From an uncultured Acidobacteriota bacterium (GTDB taxonomy: Bacteria > Acidobacteriota > Thermoanaerobaculia > Gp7-AA8), in NCBI GenBank assembly GCA_963741955.1, contig CAVUKB010000007.1:1024001-1088000 (forward strand): a stretch of 64,000 nt of DNA. The letters are read 5' to 3'. The translations under genes were made by a program, and so were the position numbers. The first letter of the stretch is position 1, and every line of letters starts with the position of its first letter. This document shows positions 34,201-44,854 of the stretch, in pieces. The notes below the pieces were generated by a model. It saw only the letters and a program-made list of their open reading frames with translations. It was not told where the DNA came from and searched no databases.

Positions 34201-36429
34201 GGAGAATCGATCCGGTTCCAGGCCGCTCCCTGGGGATACACCATCCAATCGTGTGATCAGATCACGTGGAGCTTCGGCGATGGAGCCGCGGGTAGCGGCC
34301 AGGTGGTGAACCATCTGTACGCCTCCGCTGGAACTTACACCGTGAGCCTGACCATCCGGAATTCGCTCGGCAGTAAGAACGCGACGCGCAGCGTCACTGT
34401 CACCGGCTCCGGTGGTGGTGGGGGCGGCGGAGGCGGAAGTTGTCCGACCGCGGCACCGGGAGGAGTTCTCGACCTCTCGTTTACCGGAGCCACATCGCAG
34501 TGCTCCGCGACGGGATCCACGCCCTGCTCACCGGGGGAGGCGATCAACTTCGCCGCCGCGCCGTGGGGTTACAACATCCAGACCTGCGATACGGTCTCCT
34601 GGAACTTCGGCGACAGCGCGACGGCCCAGGGGAAGAACGTCAGCCACACCTACACCCTCCCGGGCGCCTACAACGTTCAGGTGACGATCGCGAACTCGCT
34701 CGGAACCAAGAGTGCGACCCGGCCGGTGAACGTCGGGGGCACGGGCGTCAAGCCCGCCACGAACATCACCTTCACCGTGAGCCCCACGAATCCCGTAGTC
34801 GGCCAGTCGGTCACGTTCACGGGAAGCGCCGACTCGGAGACTCCGATCCAGAGCTGGAGCTGGAACTTCGGCGATGGGAATGCCGGGAGCGGTCAGACCG
34901 TCACCCACACCTTCACACAGGCGAAGAACTACACAGTGTCGCTCACCGTCAATAACGGCTACAACAACCCTCCGGTCGGAAAGACGATTACCGTCGCCGA
35001 TGCAACGCAGTTTGCGTTCCTCCTTCCGGTGGTGGTCGCTCATCTCGACGGGCAGAACAGCAGTCAGTGGAGCACAGACCTCTTCGTCTACAACACCGAC
35101 AGTACTCCGGTGACGCTGAGGTTCGAATACCAGGGGAATGAACTTGCCACGAGCACGGTCGGCTCGACGTCCATATTCGGCGACCTTCTCTATGAGACGC
35201 TTCACACCCAGGGCGCCGGACCGGTGATCGTCCGCGGCACCGCGAAGTCCGCCCCGCAGATGTGGACGCGAACCTATACGGTCGGAGAGACCGGCGTGGG
35301 GACGTACGGGCAGCTGATCCCGGCGATTCCGCTGATCGGTTCTTCGAACGTCACCACCGACGCCGATTCGTACGCGATGGCGGGTCTCGAGATCTCTCCC
35401 CGGTTCCGGACCAATCTCGGTCTGGTGAATCCCACCGGGTCGGCCGCGACGATCACCGTGACCGCATACGACGACCAGTACGGCCTGCAGCTCGGCAGCT
35501 TCACGGTTCCCCTCGGCTCATTCCAATTCACTCAGATCGGCGACCTCAATACCCGGATTCCCTCTCTTCAGGATGGACGGACCTTCAGTCTGAACGTCAA
35601 GAGCTCGGGCTCCGCGCTCACCGCGTATGCATCGATGATCGACCAGGTCACCAACGATCCGGTCTACGAAGGCGCCGTGCCGCTGAGCAGCACCACCGCC
35701 GCCGACATGCAGCTCCAGCGGGTGCCGGTGTCCCACTTCCAGAGCTGGCGAAGTGACGTGACGATCTTCAATCCCGATTCGAAGGGGATGGCGGTCGACC
35801 TCACGTACTACGACGGAGCGGGTACGAAGCAGGCCGAGGCGAAGAACCTCATGCTCGGAGGAAACGCATTCCTCCGGATTCCGGACATCGTCTGGAGTGG
35901 GGACCTGACCCCGTCGATCACGGCCGACTCGATCGGTACGCTCGATGTACAGGTTTCGAGTGATGGAGCACAGCGCTATCCGATCGTCTTCTCGCGGACG
36001 TACAACGACCAGGGTGCAGCGGGCACATACGGCCAGGGGATCCCCGCGTTCCCCGTCTCGCAGCCGAATGTCGAAACGAACAAGCCCGCGGTGATTCCGG
36101 GTGTCCGGAGCGATCTGAGCTACTACACCAACGTCGGTCTGGTCAATGTCGGCACGACAGCGGCCCAGGTGAAGATCACGCTCCTCAGTCCGACCGACGG
36201 AGCGCCGCTCGCCACGTGGGAGCGAACCGACTCGAGCGGTCAGCCGCTCCCGCTGCAGCCGAACGAGTCGATCGTCGCGACCGACATCTTCAAGGCGATG
36301 CAGACGCAGACCGATCGAGGAACCCTCAAGATCGAGCTCGTCTCGGGCGACGGCGTCTGGGCCTACGCTTCGGTCATCGACAAGACCACCCGTGACCCGG
36401 AGTACGTCCCCGCGATTCCGCTTCAGTAA
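31216..36429 (+). CDS. Giant secreted PKD-domain surface protein (about 1737 aa)
   Basis: GTG start with signal peptide; repeated W(N/S/D)FG(D/N)...VSHTY...V.LTV PKD motifs; poly-Pro and poly-Gly linkers; duplicated C-terminal module. Confidence 0.9.
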   Translation: MKHTASRVVLLSTIIMAFTALASAQDFPWPRSVGSPNDSCTTCKSPWTNLPTYPYSLPLKDHAGRFVDSTRTRDYQQPLRTLRARGLKISPENGQIYMMLGSSFVTYKLSNFFSSKLGQPLSVANNHQDGNTTVPGEQYLAWDGYFYAEKSNWNCPIQDGQDRLFDFDWDDRGDIYLAYSVFHWGILQQTPSGVTSVKQVVNDADPSPTMIASFKAGSKYYAYVTSSSSAKEATIWDVTNVTNPSLVKKFSVYSGSGEGARAFAKTDAAGTVIAMVDYHRNLRISSGSGVVSGNPETLIQSSYTGSGGGYVDVTSDGTNFYAIEVTASMNGQAIVHEFSPVSPGVANGYHETVSQVVSRNMKVGGIRYGAGYISAWGIEGGVFSIRLFKVNPTSFEEIQLGAFIPNYYFAAPAGYAQPDGYAQNVTVVQPWRDGGKDYLFVGDYGLGDVYELQAGDSIDIATVTSASRGTTNPNTPTGSAKPFPGDLVTFSSSTTAKTQLQLSWDFGNPESTDNSGTSYTGTNVSHRFFGMTTANTITTPKTVKAQNIADASMNDSESVVLAVPTPRFKIAGMPVLFTQPAVSSTAPVVFGDQWVDASDGVIEGHYDVWTLDGAVTNTTPDMAVPVGLCGAHTLSYAARYGAHSGTGTGVTSTGSAYTAAINSFNYSVRPFAPQVTVAVSGSTMTFTDATRFSSAIFPAGANATYSWALKNAAGSTVSTGTGTQFVVSPIPASGSSVVLTVSVSDAIAETSCASMTSASITYPITVPDPAINTSGGCSNALGPCTISVASASGADQSAWTYQWKVNNVTRPQTTQSVDAQAAGWFPSQGTYTVAVTATHSATSLSATAQSTLSMAAPICSGKPTGISVGYSGSLGCNTSSACQAGETISFSPYAFGYTFQDCDSFTWNFGDGSTGSGRNVSHTYNTNGPRTVTLTVANSSGSGSATTTVTVGTTTPPPPPPPPTGCPTAAPGGTLDLSYAGPTSGCSATAGSCATGESIRFQAAPWGYTIQSCDQITWSFGDGAAGSGQVVNHLYASAGTYTVSLTIRNSLGSKNATRSVTVTGSGGGGGGGGGSCPTAAPGGVLDLSFTGATSQCSATGSTPCSPGEAINFAAAPWGYNIQTCDTVSWNFGDSATAQGKNVSHTYTLPGAYNVQVTIANSLGTKSATRPVNVGGTGVKPATNITFTVSPTNPVVGQSVTFTGSADSETPIQSWSWNFGDGNAGSGQTVTHTFTQAKNYTVSLTVNNGYNNPPVGKTITVADATQFAFLLPVVVAHLDGQNSSQWSTDLFVYNTDSTPVTLRFEYQGNELATSTVGSTSIFGDLLYETLHTQGAGPVIVRGTAKSAPQMWTRTYTVGETGVGTYGQLIPAIPLIGSSNVTTDADSYAMAGLEISPRFRTNLGLVNPTGSAATITVTAYDDQYGLQLGSFTVPLGSFQFTQIGDLNTRIPSLQDGRTFSLNVKSSGSALTAYASMIDQVTNDPVYEGAVPLSSTTAADMQLQRVPVSHFQSWRSDVTIFNPDSKGMAVDLTYYDGAGTKQAEAKNLMLGGNAFLRIPDIVWSGDLTPSITADSIGTLDVQVSSDGAQRYPIVFSRTYNDQGAAGTYGQGIPAFPVSQPNVETNKPAVIPGVRSDLSYYTNVGLVNVGTTAAQVKITLLSPTDGAPLATWERTDSSGQPLPLQPNESIVATDIFKAMQTQTDRGTLKIELVSGDGVWAYASVIDKTTRDPEYVPAIPLQ

Positions 36430-36452
36430 TCTCCACCTCGACACACGAACAC

Positions 36453-36485
36453 AAAGGGTGGTGGGCGCAAGCCCGCCACCCTTTT
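36453..36485 (+). terminator. Rho-independent terminator
   Basis: AAAGGGTGGTGGGC-GCAA-GCCCGCCACCCTTTT. Confidence 0.8.
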
Positions 36486-36871
36486 CATGTGGCCCGACCG
36501 TCTCGGTCGGCCCGGCGAGCGCAGCGAGCCCCTGGGGTGCGGATCCTCCGATCCGCCGCGCCAATCGTGGAAAGAACCCGGGCCCCAGCATCACCCGCAA
36601 CTCCGCAGAAGCGAAGTTGTTCTTCTGACCTACGCCCGGCGACCTACGCCCCGGTTCTCATCGCGTGCGACACAATCCGCGCCCTCGTCGCAGACACACC
36701 GCTCTGCGAGCGCTGCCCGCAACCCCACCGCCCTTTTCATGTGACCCGACCGTCTCGGTCGCCCACGGAGAGCGCGGCGAGCCAATGGGGTGCGGATCCT
36801 CCGATCCGCCGCGCCAATCGTGGAAAGAACTCGGGTCTCCAGCGTTCCCCGCAACTCCGCAGAAGCGAAGT
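36481..36871. repeat. Two copies of an about 140-bp palindrome-rich REP-like element, 252 bp apart
   Basis: CTTTTCATGTG.CCCGACCGTCTCGGTCG...GGGGTGCGGATCCTCCGATCCGCCGCGCCAATCGTGGAAAGAAC...CGCAACTCCGCAGAAGCGAAGT at 36481 and 36733. Confidence 0.85.
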
Positions 36872-36962
36872 CGTTCTGCGTCCCTCGCACATACCGAGCC
36901 TCTGAAACACGCGCAACTCCGCGTCCCTGTAACCTCATCTCTCATCTCTCGTCTCTGCCTTT

Positions 36963-37011
36963 TCGAGCCTCGAGCCTCGAGCCTCGAGCCTCGAGCCTCG
37001 AGCCTCGAGCC
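36963..37011. repeat. Heptamer microsatellite (TCGAGCC)x7
   Basis: Seven perfect copies counted directly; immediately upstream of the wzt -10 element. Confidence 0.95.
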
Positions 37012-37046
37012 TCGCCTCTCCCCTCCCATCCGCTACAATCCTCCCG

Positions 37047-38258
37047 ATGACTTTCGCCGTCCGGGCCAATGAGCTCACGAAGGAGTACCGCCTCTACGAC
37101 CGTCCGATCGACCGGCTCGTGGAGCGCATTACGCGCTTCCCCCGCCACACCGTTTTCCCCGCTCTTCAGGAGGTCTCATTCGAAGTCCCTCCCGGCGGAA
37201 GCCTCGGTCTCATCGGGCAGAATGGTGCGGGAAAGAGCACCCTCCTCCGTCTTCTCACCCGCGTGAGCCAGCCGACGTCGGGGACGATCGAAACCCGAGG
37301 GAGCATCGCGTCCATCCTGGAGCTCGGTACGGGTTTTCACCCCGAGTTCACCGGCCGCGCGAACGCCGAGCTCAATGCCGCGATTCTCGGACTCGGACCG
37401 GCGGAGATTCGCGAGACGCTTCCCGAGATCCTCGAGTTCTCCGAGCTCGGACCGTTTCTCGACCAGCCGGTGAAGACCTACTCTTCGGGGATGACCATGC
37501 GGCTCGGATTTTCCGTGGCAGTGAACGTCCGGCCCGACATCCTGGTCATCGACGAGGCGCTCGCGGTCGGCGACGGCTACTTCCAGAAGAAGTGCATCGA
37601 CCGGATCCGCGAGCTCCAGCGGCAAGGAACGACACTCGTCTTCTGTTCGCACGCTCTTTATTACGTGAGCATGCTTTGCACGGAGACGCTGTGGCTCGAG
37701 TCGGGAACCACACGCCGCCAGGGACCTTCACTCGACGTCGTTCACGAATACGAGAACTTTCTCCTGCAGCGCGATCGCACCGTGCGCGAGGCCGAACCTC
37801 CCGTCCCGCACCAGCCCGCCGAGCACTCTCCGGTCAAAGTGGCGCACGTTCTGATGAACGAATCGACCGTGAGCGCGGCGACGGAGCTCAGGATGCGACC
37901 CGGCGACCCTCTGGAGGTCCGGGTCGGAGTTCGAAGCAAGGCTCCGGAGATCCGTTATCACGTGAACGTGGCGATCGTGCGCGCCGCAGACGAAGCGATC
38001 GCGTTCTCCATGAGCTCTTCCCGTGAAGGATTGGATTCGTTCCAGGGCGACGCAGACGTGACGCTCCGCTGCAGTCACATCCCACTGGTGCGTGGGGAGT
38101 ACGCAGTGCGCGTACTGGTGAGCGAGCCGGACGGACGGGTGCTCGATCGGAGCGAGAGCGGCCCTCACCTTCAGATCGAAGGGGATCGCTTCGAAGTGGG
38201 GCTCGTGAGCGTGGACCACCAATGGACTCTCGAGAGCGAGCGAGAGCTTGAACCCTGA
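37047..38258 (+). CDS. wzt: ABC polysaccharide export ATP-binding protein with Wzt C-terminal domain
   Basis: Walker A GQNGAGKST, YSSGMTMRLGFS, DEALAVGD and CSH; C-terminal extension. TACAAT 7 nt before the ATG suggests a leaderless mRNA. Confidence 0.9.
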   Translation: MTFAVRANELTKEYRLYDRPIDRLVERITRFPRHTVFPALQEVSFEVPPGGSLGLIGQNGAGKSTLLRLLTRVSQPTSGTIETRGSIASILELGTGFHPEFTGRANAELNAAILGLGPAEIRETLPEILEFSELGPFLDQPVKTYSSGMTMRLGFSVAVNVRPDILVIDEALAVGDGYFQKKCIDRIRELQRQGTTLVFCSHALYYVSMLCTETLWLESGTTRRQGPSLDVVHEYENFLLQRDRTVREAEPPVPHQPAEHSPVKVAHVLMNESTVSAATELRMRPGDPLEVRVGVRSKAPEIRYHVNVAIVRAADEAIAFSMSSSREGLDSFQGDADVTLRCSHIPLVRGEYAVRVLVSEPDGRVLDRSESGPHLQIEGDRFEVGLVSVDHQWTLESERELEP

Positions 38259-39080
38259 GCGCAACATGATCCGAACTCCTGGCAATCGCGAAGCCGCCCT
38301 CGCGCGATGGGGAATGGCTCACACCCACACGCGGTTTGGCGACGAGAGCCCTTATGTTCCCACGGCTTGCTGGAGGTCGATATTGAAGCAGACGTCATTG
38401 CAGTTTCTCCTCCTGGTAGCGCTCGCTGCCGGCACCGTGGCGTCCGCCGCGGCGCAGGACTATCCCTGGCCGCGACCGGAGGGAAGTGCCAATGACTCCT
38501 GCAGTGTGTGCAAGTCTCCCTGGACCGATCTTCCGACCTTCCCGTACTCCCGGCCGCTGAAGAGGCACGCCGGGCGTTTCGTCGACTCGACGCGCACTCG
38601 CGACTACCAGCAACCGCTGCGTACCCTCCGTGCCCGACAGGTGAAGGTCTCACCCGCAAACGGCCGCGTCTACATGATCCTCGGCTCTGCCCTCGTCGGT
38701 TACGATCTTTCGCCCTTCTTCTCCACGAAACTGGGCCAGCCTCTCAGCAGCGCCGGGATCCACACCGAAGGAACCACCAGCGTCCCTGGCGAGCAGTACC
38801 TCCCCTGGGACGAGTTCTTCTACGCGGAGAGCAGCAACTGGTCGTGCCAGCTCCAGGACGGACAGGACCGCCTCTTCGATTTCGACTGGGACGACCGCGG
38901 CGATCTCTATCTGGCCTATTCGGTGTTCCATTGGGGAATCCTGAAACAGAACATCACCTCGTTTACCAGCCTGAAACAGGTGATCGACGACCGCGATCCG
39001 TCTCCTACTCTCATCGCGTCGTTCAGGATCGGTTCGAAGTATTACGCCTGGGTCGGGAACGGTCTGTCGGCGAAAGAAGC

Positions 39081-40664
39081 GGTTCTCCTAACAGGTGTGT
39101 AGGTGCGGAATGATTGTCGGAGGCATGCAGGAACGGCGACGCGGCTGTTTTCGAGGAGCAAGTCGGTGTTCGCCGAAGCGTTCGGAAAGCGAAGTTGTGG
39201 AAACCGCGGAAAACGCCGCCACCCGGCCGCCGCGTTTTCCGCCGTTCCCACAACTTGCCCCGCCGTCGCGGAAGGATCTGAAGGAGCCCCGAAAGTCGCT
39301 GCTCGTGGAGAGGTGAAGATCGAAGCAGCGATAGCAGGTTGGAATCGGCGAACCGTGCTGCCCATTTCCCGTAGTCTGTAGTCGATGAAACCAAGACACG
39401 GGGAGGACAGGCACGGTGCGCCTGACGACATTGTTCCGGAAGTTGCTCAACATGGCAAACGTAACGGTTCGCGGGGTTCGGTTCGAAGCTCGGAGTCTCT
39501 ATCTCGACGTGAGTCCAACGTGGAGACGTCCGCGGTGCGGAGGGTGCGGACGGGTTGCTCCCGAGCTTCACGGAACGGTGATGAAGCATCGCGAATGGCG
39601 TCATCTCGGCCTCTGGGGATGCCGGGTGATGCTGCGGGCGGATCTGCCGCGGGTGCGTTGCCGCCGCTGCGGGGTGCGAACGGCCGCGGTTCCGTGGGCA
39701 CGGCCTGGTTCGATGTTCACCCGCGCGTTCGAAGACGAGCTTGCCTGGTTTCTGCAGCGATCCAATCAAACCGCGGTCTCGGCGTACTTCAAGGTCAGCT
39801 GGCTCACGGCCGGACGGATCGCCGCTCGAGTGGTTGCCGAAAAACGCGACCCGAACGCGCTCGAGAATCTGACCCGGATCGGCATCGACGAGATCTGCTG
39901 GGGGCGGCCGAAGAAGTTCATGACCGTGGTCACGAACCACGAGACCGGGCAGATGATCTGGGCGGCGAAGGGTAAAAGTGCAGAGGTTCTCGACGGGCTG
40001 TTCGATCTGCTCGGCCCCGAGCGCTGCGCGCGAATCCGTCTGGTGAGCATCGACATGAGCGCGGCCTTCGAGAAAGCTGTTCGCGACCGACTGCCGAACG
40101 CCGAGGTCGTTTTCGATCGGTTCCACGTGGTCCAACTCCTCGGGAATGCGATCGATCAGGTGAGGCGGGACGAGATGCGAAAGGCCACCGGCGAGGAGCG
40201 CTCCGCTCTCAAATCCACTCGGTTCGTCCTCCTGAAGAACCCCTGGAACCTGCGTGATGCCGAGGAGGCGAAACTCTCGGAGCTCGCGCGGATGAATCAC
40301 ACCCTCTTTCGCAGTTACCTGGTCAAGGAATCCTTTCAGGACATCTATGACTCCTCGTCCGTCCGCCAAGCTGATCGACGGTTCAAGCGCTGGTATCAGT
40401 CCGCGGTTCATAGCCGCATTCAACCCCTCGTTCGCTTCGCGCGAACCGTCGCGGCGAAATGGCCTGGCATCCGCCGTTACTTCGAGTATCGACTCACGAA
40501 TGCAGTTGCTGAAGGCTGCAACAACAAGATCCGAATGCTCAGTCACCGCGCTTTCGGCTTTCACACCGCGGAAGCTCTGATCGCAATGGCGTTCCTCTGT
40601 ACGTCAGCAATCGCATTCCATCCTCTCGGCCTATGAACTCTGCTACACACCTGTTAGGAGATCC
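39081..40664 (+). mobile_element. ISL3-family insertion sequence, copy 1 (1584 bp)
   Basis: Terminal inverted repeats GGTTCTCCTAACAGGTGTGTAG / CTACACACCTGTTAGGAGATCC; 8-bp target duplication AAAGAAGC (39073-39080 and 40665-40672). Confidence 0.97.
39416..40636 (+). CDS. ISL3-family transposase
   Basis: Zn-finger CxxC...CxxC, IGIDE, SIDMS, VFDRFHVV and TNAVAEGCNNKI. Confidence 0.96.
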   Translation: MRLTTLFRKLLNMANVTVRGVRFEARSLYLDVSPTWRRPRCGGCGRVAPELHGTVMKHREWRHLGLWGCRVMLRADLPRVRCRRCGVRTAAVPWARPGSMFTRAFEDELAWFLQRSNQTAVSAYFKVSWLTAGRIAARVVAEKRDPNALENLTRIGIDEICWGRPKKFMTVVTNHETGQMIWAAKGKSAEVLDGLFDLLGPERCARIRLVSIDMSAAFEKAVRDRLPNAEVVFDRFHVVQLLGNAIDQVRRDEMRKATGEERSALKSTRFVLLKNPWNLRDAEEAKLSELARMNHTLFRSYLVKESFQDIYDSSSVRQADRRFKRWYQSAVHSRIQPLVRFARTVAAKWPGIRRYFEYRLTNAVAEGCNNKIRMLSHRAFGFHTAEALIAMAFLCTSAIAFHPLGL

Positions 40665-43270
40665 AAAGAAGCGACGGTATGGGACGTGACGGATCCAGGC
40701 GCGCCGCGGTTCGTGAAGAAATTCTCCACGGTGACCGGCAACGGTGAAGGCGCGCGCGCAGTTACAAAGACCGATGCTGCCGGGACGGTCGTGGCGATGG
40801 CCGACTATGACCGCAATCTCCGCATCGAGTCCGGCAACGGAATTCTCACCGGCGTACCTGAAACTCTGATCACGTCGAGCCACGCCGCGTCCGGCGGCGG
40901 GTACATGGCGGTCACTTCCGACGGCACGAAATTCTACGCGGCCGAGACGTCGAGCGCCATGGGCGGGCAAACCGTAATTCACAGGTTTGCGCCGGCGACA
41001 GCAGGTGTCGCCCAGGGGTACTACGAAAGCGGATCGACAATCGTTTCGAACGACATGAGAGTGGGCGGGATCCGCTGGGGCGCCGGGTATCTCGCGGTGT
41101 GGGGAGTGGACAACGGCCAATGGGCGGTGCACCTGTGGAACGTCGCGTCCGGAGCATTCGACGAGATTCCGCTCGGCGCGTTCATCCCGAACTACTATTT
41201 CGCGGCTCCGGCGGGATATGCGCAGCCCGATGGCTACACGCAGAACGTGACTGCGGTGCAGCCGTGGAGTGCCGGCGGCGTCGACTACCTGATGCTCGCC
41301 GACTACGGACTCGGAGACGTCTTCCAGATCCAGGGCGGGAGCAGTATCGAGATCGCCGTCGATCCGGGTGCGTCGCGCGGAACCGTCAATCCCAACGCGC
41401 CCGACGGCGGGACGCAGATCTTTCCCGGCGATCTGGTGACCTTCCGCTCCAGCACCACGGCGAGCACACCTCTGCAACTCGGCTGGAACTTCGGTAACCC
41501 CGAATCGGGCGACGACACCGCGACGGCGATGAGCGGCACGCCCGTGTCGCACCGCTTCGTCGGAATGACCACCGCCGCACAGATCGCGGCGCCGAAAACC
41601 GTCGAGGCGGAGTACGTCGCGGACTTCTCGGTGAACGACAGCACCACCGTCCTTCTCGCCGTTCCCTCTCCACGCATCAGGCTCGCCGGGACCGCGCAAT
41701 TCTTCACCGGAAGCGCCACCGCAGACGCGTTGTTCGGCGACCGATGGACCGATGCGTCCGACGGCGTGATCGAAGGACACTACGACCTCTGGACGGTCGA
41801 CGGGATTGCGACCATGGCGTCGCCGGACGTCACCATCCCGGTCGGCGCGTGCGGAGATCACACGCTCGCATTTGCCGCGAAATACGGCGCGTACACCGGT
41901 TCCGGCACGTCCGTTACGCCTTCCGGAAACTCCTACGCTGCGCCGATCAAAGGAGTCACGTGCCGGGTTCGCCCCTTCACGCCCGCGATGTCCGTCTCGG
42001 TCTCCGGCTCCACGGTCACGTTCAGCGATGCGACGCGGTATTCGTCGACGCTCTTTCCGAATGGGGCGAATGCAACGCTCACATGGGAACTGAAGAACGC
42101 GTCCGGTACGGTGACGCAGAACGGTGCCGGGAGCACATTCATCGTCTCGCCTCTCCCCGCGGGGGGAAGCAGCGTCGTTCTCACCGTCTCGGTCAGCGAC
42201 GCCGTCGACGATGCGTCCTGCGCCTCCATGAGCACGGCGTCGGTCACGTACCCGATCGTCGTCCCGGATCCTTCGATCGGCACCAGCGGTTGCTCGACAG
42301 CCCAGGGACCCTGCACCATCGCTGCAGTCTCGAAGAGTGGTGCCGACCAAAGCGCGTGGACGTACGAGTGGACGGTGAGTGGAATCACTCAGCCACAGAC
42401 CACGCAGACCGTCGACGCTCAGAAGGGTGGGTGGTTTCCCGCGGGAGGATCGTATCCGGTCACAGTGAGTGTCAGAGACGGCGCGACATCGCTCAGCGGA
42501 ACGACTCAGGTCGTGCTGACCGTCGGCAGTGTCTGTGCCGGAAAGCCCTCCGGCGTGAGTATCGCGTTCAGTGGAAGCGCGGGCTGCAGCCAGGGTGCAC
42601 CTTGCGCGATCGGTGAAGTGGTCGCCTTCACCGCGAAAGCGAACGGGTATGCGTTTCAGAATTGCGACTCGTTTACCTGGAACTTCGGCGATGGCCAGAC
42701 CGGAACCGGAGCTTCCGTGACGCATCAGTTCACGAGCAGCAACACCCGGACCGTGACACTCACGGTGTCGAATTCCAACGGAAGCGCGACGGCCACCACC
42801 GTCGTCTACATTTCCGGGACCGCCATTCAGCCGGCCACGAATCTCGGCATCTCGACTGACGTCGAAAATCCTCTCGTCGGTCAGACGATCACGTTCACCG
42901 GGCGGGCCGATTCAGCGACCGCCATCCAACAGTGGCACTGGGACTTCGGCGACGGCACGGTGGGCACCGGTCGGACGGCCACTCACAGCTTCGCCGTGGC
43001 GAAGAGCTACACCGTTACGCTGACCGTCGACAACGGAACCGTGAGTGCACCGGTCGGAAAGAGCATCACCGTCACCGCCGAAAAGCCGTTCGCCTTCCTC
43101 CTGCCGGTCGTCGCGCATCTCGACGGGCAGAACGCGAGTCACTGGAGAACCGATCTCTTCGTCTACAACCCCGAGAACAGCGCGATCGATCTGCAGTTCG
43201 TATACGAGGGACACACCGTAACGCGAGCAGTGACCTCCACGGCGATCTTCGACGACCTGCTCGGAAATGT

Positions 43271-44854
43271 GGATCTCCTAACAGGTGTGTAGCAGAGTTC
43301 ATAGGCCGAGAGGATGGAATGCGATTGCTGACGTACAGAGGAACGCCATTGCGATCAGAGCTTCCGCGGTGTGAAAGCCGAAAGCGCGGTGACTGAGCAT
43401 TCGGATCTTGTTGTTGCAGCCTTCAGCAACTGCATTCGTGAGTCGATACTCGAAGTAACGGCGGATGCCAGGCCATTTCGCCGCGACGGTTCGCGCGAAG
43501 CGAACGAGGGGTTGAATGCGGCTATGAACCGCGGACTGATACCAGCGCTTGAACCGTCGATCAGCTTGGCGGACGGACGAGGAGTCATAGATGTCCTGAA
43601 AGGATTCCTTGACCAGGTAACTGCGAAAGAGGGTGTGATTCATCCGCGCGAGCTCCGAGAGTTTCGCCTCCTCGGCATCACGCAGGTTCCAGGGGTTCTT
43701 CAGGAGGACGAACCGAGTGGATTTGAGAGCGGAGCGCTCCTCGCCGGTGGCCTTTCGCATCTCGTCCCGCCTCACCTGATCGATCGCATTCCCGAGGAGT
43801 TGGACCACGTGGAACCGATCGAAAACGACTTCGGCGTTCGGCAGTCGGTCGCGAACAGCTTTCTCGAAGGCCGCGCTCATGTCGATGCTCACCAGACGGA
43901 TTCGCGCGCAGCGCTCGGGGCCGAGCAGATCGAACAGCCCGTCGAGAACCTCTGCACTTTTACCCTTCGCCGCCCAGATCATCTGCCCGGTCTCGTGGTT
44001 CGTGACCACGGTCATGAACTTCTTCGGCCGCCCCCAGCAGATCTCGTCGATGCCGATCCGGGTCAGATTCTCGAGCGCGTTCGGGTCGCGTTTTTCGGCA
44101 ACCACTCGAGCGGCGATCCGTCCGGCCGTGAGCCAGCTGACCTTGAAGTACGCCGAGACCGCGGTTTGATTGGATCGCTGCAGAAACCAGGCAAGCTCGT
44201 CTTCGAACGCGCGGGTGAACATCGAACCAGGCCGTGCCCACGGAACCGCGGCCGTTCGCACCCCGCAGCGGCGGCAACGCACCCGCGGCAGATCCGCCCG
44301 CAGCATCACCCGGCATCCCCAGAGGCCGAGATGACGCCATTCGCGATGCTTCATCACCGTTCCGTGAAGCTCGGGAGCAACCCGTCCGCACCCTCCGCAC
44401 CGCGGACGTCTCCACGTTGGACTCACGTCGAGATAGAGACTCCGAGCTTCGAACCGAACCCCGCGAACCGTTACGTTTGCCATGTTGAGCAACTTCCGGA
44501 ACAATGTCGTCAGGCGCACCGTGCCTGTCCTCCCCGTGTCTTGGTTTCATCGACTACAGACTACGGGAAATGGGCAGCACGGTTCGCCGATTCCAACCTG
44601 CTATCGCTGCTTCGATCTTCACCTCTCCACGAGCAGCGACTTTCGGGGCTCCTTCAGATCCTTCCGCGACGGCGGGGCAAGTTGTGGGAACGGCGGAAAA
44701 CGCGGCGGCCGGGTGGCGGCGTTTTCCGCGGTTTCCACAACTTCGCTTTCCGAACGCTTCGGCGAACACCGACTTGCTCCTCGAAAACAGCCGCGTCGCC
44801 GTTCCTGCATGCCTCCGACAATCATTCCGCACCTACACACCTGTTAGGAGAACC
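43271..44854 (-). mobile_element. ISL3-family insertion sequence, copy 2 (1584 bp, inverted)
   Basis: Same terminal repeats; 8-bp target duplication GGAAATGT (43263-43270 and 44855-44862). Confidence 0.97.
43299..44519 (-). CDS. ISL3-family transposase
   Basis: Protein identical to that of copy 1. Confidence 0.96.
   Translation of the reverse strand: MRLTTLFRKLLNMANVTVRGVRFEARSLYLDVSPTWRRPRCGGCGRVAPELHGTVMKHREWRHLGLWGCRVMLRADLPRVRCRRCGVRTAAVPWARPGSMFTRAFEDELAWFLQRSNQTAVSAYFKVSWLTAGRIAARVVAEKRDPNALENLTRIGIDEICWGRPKKFMTVVTNHETGQMIWAAKGKSAEVLDGLFDLLGPERCARIRLVSIDMSAAFEKAVRDRLPNAEVVFDRFHVVQLLGNAIDQVRRDEMRKATGEERSALKSTRFVLLKNPWNLRDAEEAKLSELARMNHTLFRSYLVKESFQDIYDSSSVRQADRRFKRWYQSAVHSRIQPLVRFARTVAAKWPGIRRYFEYRLTNAVAEGCNNKIRMLSHRAFGFHTAEALIAMAFLCTSAIAFHPLGL

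Noticed and set aside
39023-40564. About 500-aa antisense ORF in each IS copy
   Set aside because: It is the shadow of the transposase on the opposite strand, ends at a different flanking stop in each copy and has no recognisable motifs.
39081-44854. Composite transposon that arrived as a unit
   Set aside because: Each IS has its own target duplication and the enclosed DNA is the colinear middle of the host gene, so these were independent insertions.
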